Source of the DNA: Pseudomonadales bacterium
Lineage (GTDB): Bacteria > Pseudomonadota > Gammaproteobacteria > Pseudomonadales > Azotimanducaceae
Reading direction: 5' to 3'
DNA length: 64,000 nt
Assembly: GCA_038153445.1 (NCBI GenBank)
Contig: JAYOYG010000002.1
Location: 9,628-73,627 of the forward strand
Below, one piece after another: positions 56,721-64,000 of the stretch. The notes under the pieces were generated by a model. It saw nothing but the letters and a program-made list of their open reading frames with translations. It did not search any database and was not told the origin of the DNA. The position numbers and the translations under genes are program-made. The stretch's first letter is position 1. Each line of letters begins with the position of its first letter.

Positions 56721-57494
56721 ATGCTGGTGGATAGCCACTGTCATCTCGACTCTTTGGACGCGCCGCCGGAGGAGAGCATCGCCCGGGCCAAGGCCGCGGG
56801 GGTGGCGCATATGTTGTGCGTGGGCGCTGATCCGGAACACTTTGATCGCGTGCTGGCCGTGGTTCAGCGCGCAGAAGGGGTGGATGGCAGCGTCGGGATT
56901 CATCCCCTGGCGGTCACCGCCGAGCGTGCCCCCTGGGATGCGGTGGTGGCGCGGGCAAGCGCCCCGGGCGTGGTCGCCCTTGGGGAAACGGGACTGGACT
57001 ACGCCGATCCCGCCGCCCCCGATCGAGCCCAGCAGGAAGAGCGCTTCGCGCAGCACCTGGCCCTGGGCGCCGAGCTCGGGCTGCCCGTCATCATCCACAC
57101 CCGGGAGGCTCGGGAAGACACCCTGGCCCTGCTGCGCGCCGCCGGGCCTCGGCCGGACGCCGGGGTGCTGCACTGCTTCACGGAAAGCTGGGAAATGGCC
57201 GAGGAAGCGATCGCCCTCGGCTACTACGTGAGCTTCTCTGGCATCGTGACCTTCAAGAATGCCGCATCTCTGCGCGAGGTGGCGGCGAAGGTCCCCGCGG
57301 AACGTCTGCTGGTGGAGACCGACGCGCCCTGGCTCGCCCCCGTGCCCCATCGGGGCCGGCAGAACGAGCCGGCGCTCTTGCCCCACACGGCAGCGGTGCT
57401 GGCCCAGTGCCAGGGGGTGAGCCCCGAGGCGCTGGCTCGGCAAACCACGGAAAACTATCGACGCCTCTTTGCCCGCACGTCCCTTTCGGCCTAA
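56721..57494 (+). CDS. tatD: TatD family metal-dependent DNase/hydrolase
   Basis: Listed ORF is 56511..57494, trimmed to the ATG at 56721. MLVDSHCHLD, GETGLDY, IHTREA and VETDAPWL. Confidence 0.9.
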   Translation: MLVDSHCHLDSLDAPPEESIARAKAAGVAHMLCVGADPEHFDRVLAVVQRAEGVDGSVGIHPLAVTAERAPWDAVVARASAPGVVALGETGLDYADPAAPDRAQQEERFAQHLALGAELGLPVIIHTREAREDTLALLRAAGPRPDAGVLHCFTESWEMAEEAIALGYYVSFSGIVTFKNAASLREVAAKVPAERLLVETDAPWLAPVPHRGRQNEPALLPHTAAVLAQCQGVSPEALARQTTENYRRLFARTSLSA

Positions 57495-57504
57495 GCCAAC
57501 GGTT

Positions 57505-57969
57505 CTAGGTGCGGGGGAAGAGTTCCTCGAACAAGCGGTAGTCCGTTTCCTTCATGCCTAGGGCTTCGTAGGTGCGCTGCGCCCGCAGGTTATCCCGCTC
57601 CACATAGAGGCGCAGGCCGATGCCCGTGGGATCTGCGAGGGCCTCCTCGCGCACCGTTTCATAGAGGGAACGGAATACCCCCCGCTGGCGCCAGGCGGGC
57701 GTCACGTAAACGCTTTGCAGCCACCAGAAGGTACCCGCGCGCCAGTCGCTCCATTCAAAGGTTACAGAGGCGGTGCCGACGCAGCGGTCCGCCTCATCCA
57801 CGGCGACCCACACCCGGCCCCGGGCCGGCACGGTGATGAGCCCTTCAATACCCGCGGTAACGATGGCTTCCGGGAGCACATGGTCCTCCGTCTCCAGCGC
57901 CATGGCGCACTGAAAGGCGGCAAGGGTCGATACGTCCGCGAGGGTGGCGGCCCGAAGGGAAAAGGTCAT
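57505..57969 (-). CDS. GNAT family N-acetyltransferase
   Basis: 154 aa. Acetyl-CoA binding region TPAWRQRGVFRSLY. 4-nt overlap with the upstream peptidase gene. Confidence 0.8.
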   Translation of the reverse strand: MTFSLRAATLADVSTLAAFQCAMALETEDHVLPEAIVTAGIEGLITVPARGRVWVAVDEADRCVGTASVTFEWSDWRAGTFWWLQSVYVTPAWRQRGVFRSLYETVREEALADPTGIGLRLYVERDNLRAQRTYEALGMKETDYRLFEELFPRT

Positions 57970-60128
57970 GGGGTGGCCTCCGTGAAGCGCCGGGTCAGAA
58001 AGGCGCAGAGCTGTTCGTAGCGATGGGTGCTCACCTCGGCGCCGGCGATGGCGTGCTTAGCCCCGGGGTAGGCCATCATTTCAAAGGGAATGGCGGCTTT
58101 CTGTAGCGCCGCCATAAGCCGCGTGCTGTGGGTGAAGAGCACGTTGTCGTCGGCCATGCCGTGGACCAGCAGTAGGGCGCCGGGCGCCTGGCCTAGCCCC
58201 TCGAGGTAGGGCATCACGCCGGAGCGCGCATAGCCCTCGGGGTTCTCCTCCGGGGTGCCGAGGTAGCGTTCCGTATAGTGGGTGTCGTAGAGATGCCAGT
58301 CCGTGACCGGCGCCACGGAAACGGCGGCGCGGAAGCGCTCCGGCGCCGCCGCCAGGCAACGGAGGGCCATGAAGCCGCCGTAGCTATGGCCGAAGACCGC
58401 GACGCGGCTCTCGTCTAACCACGGGGCATCGGCAAAGGCGTCAAGGGCGCGGAATTGGTCCCGTACCTCTACGGCCCCGAAGGTTCGATAGATGGGGCGC
58501 TCGAAGGCTTCTCCGCGTCCGGCGCTACCCCGGTTATCGAGTTCCAGCACGGCCCAGCCGTGCTGTACGAAGACCTGGTGGAGTAGGGGTGGCCAGCCCT
58601 GGGTCACGCGCTGGGCGCCGGGGCCGCCGTACACCGCCAGAATCACGGGGAAGGGTCCGTCCCCTTCGGGCTTGGTGAGACGGTAGTACAGGGGCTGACC
58701 ATCTTCCCCCGGGAGCTGGCCGAGCTCCGGGGTCGCGCGGGTGGCGAGGTAGGGCGCGTAGGCGTGGTCTTTGTCGCTGAGGCGGTTTGCCGTGAGCGTG
58801 GCCCGAGGCGTGCCGGCGCCGTCGCGCAGCGTGGCTTCGGGCGGCTGATCGGGATGTTCCTCGACCACCACCATCCAGGCGCCGCCGGGAGCTACGGCGC
58901 CCTGGTGCCAGCCCCTTTCCGCAGTGAGGGCTTCCACGGAGCTGCCATCGAACTGCGCTCGAAGCACCTGGCGCGCCGTGGGATCGCCCAGGGTCCCCTC
59001 AAAAAGCACGACGCCGGCGGCTTCGTCCACGGCCAGGAGCCGGTGCACGATGCTGCCCTCCGGGGTCAGGCGGAGCTCTTCGGCCTCCCCCAAGCGTGGG
59101 CGGTAATACAGCTGCCGGGGACCTCCGCGTTCCGCACTCCACAGGGCACCGCCAGAGGCCAGGGGGCGGAAGTCGTCATGGAGATTTACCCAGCTTTCGC
59201 TGTGCTCCTCCAGGGCGAGCTCGAGGGTGCCATCGAGGCCTAGGCGCAGCAGGCTCAGGGTTTTCTGATCCCGGGGCTGGCGCTGAAGGTAGAGCGCGTC
59301 GCTGCCCGGGGCCCAGGTGACCCGGGCCAGGTAGGCTTCCGGATCGTCGCTCCAGGGCAGCCAGCGCAGGGTGCGGTCTTCCAGGGAGAGCACCCCCAGG
59401 GAGAGCTTGGCATTCGGGCCCCCGGTAAAGGGGTAGCGCTGCGCAATGGCTTCGATGCCCGCTTCCGTGGCATCAAAGCGCAGGGTTTCAGGAATGGGCG
59501 TTTCGTCAGCCTTAATAAAGGCGAGCTGCGTGCCGTCCGGGGAGAACCAGAAGGCGTCCTGGCGGTGCATTTCCTCTGCAGCGATAAAGTCCGGCAAGCC
59601 CACGACGATGCCGTCGGCCGCTTCTTCCGTGAGGCGCTCCACGGCGCCGCCGGAGGTGCCCAGCCAAAGATCCCCCTCGTGCACGTAGGCAAAGCGGTGA
59701 TCGCCGGGGGCGCTGGTGAGCTGATGGACCTGGTGGCCCTCCGGACTCAGGCGCTCGGGGCTGCCGTCCTCGAGGTTCTGCTCGTAGGCGACCCCATTGA
59801 GGGTAAAGCGCAGGGCCTGGCCGTCGGCGCGCCAGTGAAACTCCGTGACTCCGGAGAAGAAGAGGCGAAGCCGTTCCCGGCGAGCCTTCTCCGCTTCCGA
59901 GCTGGGCGCTTCCGGGCCTTCCCCGGCGCTGGAGAACATTCGCCGGGCGGAGAAGTCCTCTCCCGTGGTCCAGGTGCCGAGCCAAAGCTCTAGGCGGTTG
60001 CCGTCGTCGGCGGCGCTTTGGAGCCAGGCCAGAGCCTGGCCCGTCGGGGCAAAGCGAAATTGGCTGAGGGCGGGCCCCGCTAGGGGCGGCGAGGCGAAAA
60101 GCCGGGGGATAGAAAGGGCTTGGGTCAC
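57966..60128 (-). CDS. S9 family serine peptidase (dipeptidyl-peptidase IV / prolyl oligopeptidase-like)
   Basis: 720 aa, GTG start. N-terminal beta-propeller region, then the catalytic domain with nucleophile elbow FGHSYGG, LVHGMADDNV and GAKHAI. Confidence 0.85.
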   Translation of the reverse strand: MTQALSIPRLFASPPLAGPALSQFRFAPTGQALAWLQSAADDGNRLELWLGTWTTGEDFSARRMFSSAGEGPEAPSSEAEKARRERLRLFFSGVTEFHWRADGQALRFTLNGVAYEQNLEDGSPERLSPEGHQVHQLTSAPGDHRFAYVHEGDLWLGTSGGAVERLTEEAADGIVVGLPDFIAAEEMHRQDAFWFSPDGTQLAFIKADETPIPETLRFDATEAGIEAIAQRYPFTGGPNAKLSLGVLSLEDRTLRWLPWSDDPEAYLARVTWAPGSDALYLQRQPRDQKTLSLLRLGLDGTLELALEEHSESWVNLHDDFRPLASGGALWSAERGGPRQLYYRPRLGEAEELRLTPEGSIVHRLLAVDEAAGVVLFEGTLGDPTARQVLRAQFDGSSVEALTAERGWHQGAVAPGGAWMVVVEEHPDQPPEATLRDGAGTPRATLTANRLSDKDHAYAPYLATRATPELGQLPGEDGQPLYYRLTKPEGDGPFPVILAVYGGPGAQRVTQGWPPLLHQVFVQHGWAVLELDNRGSAGRGEAFERPIYRTFGAVEVRDQFRALDAFADAPWLDESRVAVFGHSYGGFMALRCLAAAPERFRAAVSVAPVTDWHLYDTHYTERYLGTPEENPEGYARSGVMPYLEGLGQAPGALLLVHGMADDNVLFTHSTRLMAALQKAAIPFEMMAYPGAKHAIAGAEVSTHRYEQLCAFLTRRFTEATP

Positions 60129-61444
60129 GGCGTGGCTGCTCCCGCAAAGGCGTCTCGGGTGAGGTTTTCCGGTCCTTCCGGCGTGATGCGCACGTTGTCT
60201 TCAATGCGAATGCCCCCGAAGGGTGTGAGGGTTTCGATGAGGGGCCAGTTCAGAAGATCCCGTTCTCGCCCCTCCCGCAGGGTCTTGAGGAAGCTCGGTA
60301 TGAAGTAAAGGCCGGGCTCTACGGTCACCACCATCTCCGGAGTCAGGGTGCGGGTAAGGCGCAGGGCCGGGTGGTTGGCCGGGGGCGGCGTCAGGTCCCC
60401 CTCGGCGTTGGCCAGCTGGCCCCCGGCGTCGTGCACCTGAATCCCCAGCAGGTGGCCCAGGCCGTGGGGCATGAAGCGCTCGGGTACGCCGGCCTCCAGC
60501 AGGGCGGCTTTCGAGCCGCGAGCGATGCCGCTCTCGATCAGCACGTCAGCCAGGGCTTCCATGGTGGCATCCTGGAGGCTCGCCCAGGGCACGCCGGGGG
60601 CGAGGCGGGCGACGATACCTTGCTGGAGCGCGTCCATGGCATGGATGAGGTCCTGGAAGGGCCCCGGTTCCCGGGCGTAGGTGCGGGTGATGTCGGCAGC
60701 GTAGCCCCCAGCGCTCGCCCCGGCATCGATCAGGAGGCTCCGGCTCGGGCCTCGGTCCCGGGTGCGGTGGTGGTAGTGGAGGATCGCCCCCCGTTCATTT
60801 AGGCCAATGATGTTGGTGTAGGGCAGTTCGTGGTCTTCGTGCCCCGTGGCAGCGAGGTAGCGAAGGTGCAGCTCAAACTCGCTGTCCTCGGCGCGAAAGC
60901 CCTCGGCCACGGCCCGATGGCCGCGCACGGCCCGGACATTGGCGGCGCGCAGGCAGGCCAGTTCATAGGGGGTTTTCTCCGCCCGGGCAAAGTCCACGCG
61001 GTGGCGCAGCGCCGTAGGGTCGGGGTGCCCCGGCCCGAGCGCGACCGTCGGCCCCGCGCAGCGGGCGGCCCAGGCTTTGATGTGCTGGTCGCGCTCGCGC
61101 TCGCTCGTCACCAAGGTGGCGGGGAGTACGTCGAGCCAGGGGCCCTCCGGCGACCGGGGAGGCGCATGCCAGAAGTCGTCCGCTTGCAGATGTAGTAATT
61201 CCGGGGCCCCGGACGCGGGGATGAGCACGGCCGAGCCGGCGGCGTCGGGAAGCGGTGCAAATAGGGAAAAGTGGGGATTCGGTTTCCAGCTGGCGCTGGT
61301 GTCATCCAGGAAGTGGTCCGTGGGTGCGCCGGCGGTGATCACGACGCCACCGAGGCCCTCCTGCGCCAGCGCCCCCTGGTAGCGAGCCAGGAGCGTGCGG
61401 AGGTGATCACGGTGAGAATCGGCAAGGCTTGGATCGGAAGGCAT
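60125..61444 (-). CDS. pepQ: Xaa-Pro dipeptidase (M24B)
   Basis: Listed ORF is 60125..61585, trimmed to the ATG at 61442-61444. M24 metal-ligand contexts LIDAGASAGGYAADITRT, HGLGHLLGIQVHD, VVTVEPGLYF and GGIRIEDNV. Confidence 0.85.
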   Translation of the reverse strand: MPSDPSLADSHRDHLRTLLARYQGALAQEGLGGVVITAGAPTDHFLDDTSASWKPNPHFSLFAPLPDAAGSAVLIPASGAPELLHLQADDFWHAPPRSPEGPWLDVLPATLVTSERERDQHIKAWAARCAGPTVALGPGHPDPTALRHRVDFARAEKTPYELACLRAANVRAVRGHRAVAEGFRAEDSEFELHLRYLAATGHEDHELPYTNIIGLNERGAILHYHHRTRDRGPSRSLLIDAGASAGGYAADITRTYAREPGPFQDLIHAMDALQQGIVARLAPGVPWASLQDATMEALADVLIESGIARGSKAALLEAGVPERFMPHGLGHLLGIQVHDAGGQLANAEGDLTPPPANHPALRLTRTLTPEMVVTVEPGLYFIPSFLKTLREGRERDLLNWPLIETLTPFGGIRIEDNVRITPEGPENLTRDAFAGAATP

Positions 61445-61579
61445 CGGGATCTCCAGGGGTGCTTCACGGGTCCGGGGGCGCAGTGTAGCGAGGGCCGGGG
61501 GACAGGCCCAGACCATGGAGTCCGGGGGCGCCGCCATGGTATACAACGGGAGTTTTTTAGCACTCCGAGGGAGAGGGTT

Positions 61580-62467
61580 ATGCAAGGTTTTGCCTACGAG
61601 GCACCATCATCGCTGGACGCGCTTCGGGCGCGGCTGGCGGCGGCCCAGGGGGCTGGGGAATTGACCCAGGTTCTGGCCGGCGGCACGGACCTGCTCGTGC
61701 AAATGAAGCAGGGGCAGCGGGCCCCGGGCCTGATTCTCGACATCAAGCGCGTGGGGGAAACCCAGGCCCTGGGGGTCGACGGCGATACGCTCGTCATTGG
61801 CGCCTCCGTGCCGGCGGCGAAGGCGAAGGCCTTCCCCCTCGTGGCCGAGGCCTTCCCGGGGCTGGCCCACGCCATCGACCTCATTGGCTCCTCGCAAATT
61901 CAGGGCCGCGCCTCCCTCGGCGGTAACCTCTGCAATGCGTCGCCGGCCGGGGACACCATTCCCGCCCTCATTGCCAACGGTTTTGAAGCGCAGATCCTCA
62001 CCGCTGAGGGGCTCCGGACCTTGCCCGTGGAGGCCTTCGTGACCGGCGTGGGCAAAAATGCCCTTGCCGCCGGGGAAGTGCTCCTCGCCCTCCAGGCGCC
62101 GGTGCCCGGCCCCCGCAGTGGCGATGCCTACCAGCGCTTTACGCCGCGCACGGAAATGGATATCGCCGTGGTGGGCGTGGGCGCTCGCCTCACGCTGGAT
62201 GATACCGGGGTGATTGCCTCGGCCCGCATTGCCCTGGGCGCCGTGGCGCCCCATGCCTTCCTCGCGGAGGCCGCGGGGGCGGCTCTGGTCGGCACCCGCG
62301 GTGAGCCGGAGGCCCTCGAGGCGGCCGCTGCGGCGGCCATGGAGGCGGCGAAGCCGATCTCCGATAAGCGGGGCTCGGCGGACTTCCGCCGACGGATTTG
62401 CGGGGTGCTGGTGAAGCGCGTGGTGGCGCAGGCGCTCGAGCGCTGCACGACGGAAGGAGCGAAGTAA
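61580..62467 (+). CDS. Molybdenum hydroxylase family, FAD-binding medium subunit (CoxM/XdhB-like)
   Basis: Listed ORF is 61271..62467, trimmed to the ATG at 61580 preceded by GGGAGAGGG. GGTDLLVQMK and ISDKRGSADFRR. Confidence 0.85.
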   Translation: MQGFAYEAPSSLDALRARLAAAQGAGELTQVLAGGTDLLVQMKQGQRAPGLILDIKRVGETQALGVDGDTLVIGASVPAAKAKAFPLVAEAFPGLAHAIDLIGSSQIQGRASLGGNLCNASPAGDTIPALIANGFEAQILTAEGLRTLPVEAFVTGVGKNALAAGEVLLALQAPVPGPRSGDAYQRFTPRTEMDIAVVGVGARLTLDDTGVIASARIALGAVAPHAFLAEAAGAALVGTRGEPEALEAAAAAAMEAAKPISDKRGSADFRRRICGVLVKRVVAQALERCTTEGAK

Positions 62468-62946
62468 TGAAGGTTCATGTGCAAACGGAAGTAAACGGGG
62501 AAGCGGTGGAGTTTCTTTGCGATCCCACGACCACGTTGTTGGAAGTGCTTCGGGACAACCTTGGGCTTCGGGGCAGCAAGGAAGGCTGCGGGACCGGGGA
62601 CTGCGGCGCGTGCAGCGTGGAGCTCGACGGCGCCCTGGCGTGCAGCTGCCTGATTCTGGCGGCGGAAACGCAAGGGCGCTCCGTGGCCACCATTGAAGGG
62701 GTGGCCACCCCGGAGGCGCTCCATCCCCTGCAAAGCCATCTGCTGAAAAGCGCCGGGCTCCAGTGCGGCGTGTGCACGCCGGGCATTGTGGTGGCAGCGA
62801 AGCACCTGCTGGAGCAGGACCCGAACCCCACGGAGGAAGCGGTGCGCTACTTCCTGGCCGGGAATCTTTGCCGGTGCACGGGCTACGACAAGATCATTCG
62901 GGCGGTGCTCGACGCCGCGGCGGAGATGCGAGGAGAAGCGGCATGA
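62467..62946 (+). CDS. Molybdenum hydroxylase family, [2Fe-2S] small subunit (CoxS-like)
   Basis: TAATG overlap with the upstream gene. Cluster motifs GCGTGDCGACSV, QCGVCTPG and CRCTGY. Confidence 0.9.
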   Translation: MKVHVQTEVNGEAVEFLCDPTTTLLEVLRDNLGLRGSKEGCGTGDCGACSVELDGALACSCLILAAETQGRSVATIEGVATPEALHPLQSHLLKSAGLQCGVCTPGIVVAAKHLLEQDPNPTEEAVRYFLAGNLCRCTGYDKIIRAVLDAAAEMRGEAA

Positions 62947-64000
62947 GCGAAGCCACGGATTTTAAGGTGATTGGAACCCGCCCGATCCGCCCCGATGGGG
63001 TGGACAAGGTGACGGGGCGCGCTAGCTTCGGCGCCGACTTCTCTCTGCCGGGCATGCTCGAGGGGGCCGTGTTGCGCTCGCCTCACGCCCATGCGCGGAT
63101 CAAGAGCATTAAGACGGACGCGGCCCTCGCGGCCCCCGGCGTCAAGGCCGTGGTGACGGGCGCGGATTTCCCCCAGGTCGCTGCTGGCGCCATCGAAGGC
63201 GGGGAAGGGGGCGGCGATTTCGCCGATCTCGCGGGGAACGTCATTGCCCGGGGTAAGGTGCGCTACCACGGCCATGCCGTGGCGGCCGTGGCGGCGCAAA
63301 GCCGGGCCCAGGCCCTTGCGGCCCTGGCCCTCATCGAGGTGGAGTACGAGCCGCTCCCGGCGGTGCTGTCCCTAGACGCGGCCCTCGCAGACAGCGCGCC
63401 CCTCATCGATGAAGGGCTCATGACCTCCGGACTTCCCGAGCCGGCCACCGCACCCTCCAACCTGGCGTCGGTGATCGAGATGGGCAACGGCGATCTTGAG
63501 GCGGGCTTTGCAGAGGCTGCGCTCATCATCGAGCGGCGCTACCAAACGCCCACGGTGCACCAGGGCTACATCGAGCCTCACGCGTGCGTAGGCCGCTGGG
63601 GCCAGGACGACCAGGCCATGCTGTGGTGCTGTACCCAGGGCGCTTTCGATGTGCGCTCCATGACGGCGAAGGTGCTGGGCCAGCCCGTGGGCTCCTTGAA
63701 AGTCATTCCCAGCGAGATTGGCGGCGGCTTCGGGGGTAAGACCACGGTTTACCTCGAGCCTCTGGCCCTGCAGCTCTCGAAGAAGAGCGGTCGCCCGGTC
63801 CGTATGGTGATGAGCCGGGAAGAGGTCTTCCGAGCCACCGGCCCCGCGTCGGCGGCCACCATCGATCTGCGCATGGGCTTCTCCCAGGACGGCAAGATCA
63901 CCGCTGCGGAAGCCACCATGGCCTACGAGGCTGGCGCCTTCCCCGGGTCCCCCGTGGGCCCGGGCACCATGTGCGTGTTTGCCCCCTATCGGATTGCCAA
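62943..64000 (+). CDS. Molybdenum hydroxylase family, molybdopterin-binding large subunit, 5' part (runs off the window)
   Basis: ATGA overlap with the small subunit. My own translation gives MSEATDFKVIGTRPIRPDGVDKVTGRASFGADF, typical of the aldehyde oxidase/xanthine dehydrogenase a/b hammerhead domain. No stop before 64000. Confidence 0.85.
   Translation, partial: MSEATDFKVIGTRPIRPDGVDKVTGRASFGADFSLPGMLEGAVLRSPHAHARIKSIKTDAALAAPGVKAVVTGADFPQVAAGAIEGGEGGGDFADLAGNVIARGKVRYHGHAVAAVAAQSRAQALAALALIEVEYEPLPAVLSLDAALADSAPLIDEGLMTSGLPEPATAPSNLASVIEMGNGDLEAGFAEAALIIERRYQTPTVHQGYIEPHACVGRWGQDDQAMLWCCTQGAFDVRSMTAKVLGQPVGSLKVIPSEIGGGFGGKTTVYLEPLALQLSKKSGRPVRMVMSREEVFRATGPASAATIDLRMGFSQDGKITAAEATMAYEAGAFPGSPVGPGTMCVFAPYRIA

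Noticed and set aside
1-64000. Search for rRNA, tRNA, tmRNA, riboswitches, integrases, transposases, prophage genes or toxin-antitoxin pairs.
   Set aside because: Intergenic regions are nearly all under 180 bp. I saw no cloverleaf-like or conserved riboswitch cores in them, and no ORF resembles recombinases, transposases or known TA families. A covariance-model scan (tRNAscan/Infernal) would be needed to exclude small RNAs formally.

Overview
This is a visibly GC-rich, very densely packed chromosomal segment with about 56 supportable CDS. Start and stop codons often overlap, and intergenic space is minimal. I found no rRNA, tRNA or CRISPR array, and no transposase, integrase or phage genes, so it reads as core chromosome rather than a mobile island. 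The gene content (acnB, pyrC, rdgC, bolA, trhO, tesA-ybbA-ybbP, bax, ttcA, yheU, rlmM, pilZ-tatD, pepQ) points to a Gammaproteobacterium. The many acidic proteins and tails suggest a halophile, but that is inference only.

Two multi-gene modules stand out as functionally uncharacterised:

1. **36542-43486.** A lipoprotein-type TPR-CHAT (caspase-like) protease, a secreted FecR-domain protein and a CHASE2-sensor class III adenylate cyclase lie in one tight same-strand cluster. I interpret this as a periplasmic protease-gated cyclic-nucleotide signalling system and rank it the best candidate for an undescribed system.
2. **6222-12070.** A four-gene, translationally coupled module of circularly permuted ATP-grasp, alpha-E and transglutaminase-like proteins. 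The ATP-grasp/alpha-E pair is present twice, once fused and once split.

Other points worth a second look:
- A candidate Pho box lies upstream of a phoD / Tat-exported PLP enzyme / rhodanese operon.
- A threonyl-tRNA synthetase lacking the TGS domain is coupled to a RimL-like acetyltransferase.
- A Kv-type K+ channel carries a zinc-ribbon tail.
- A 13/14-bp tandem repeat block overlaps the pyrC stop codon.
- Several convergent gene pairs share stop-codon bases.

All family calls come from motif recognition by eye in the supplied translations; no database search was run.
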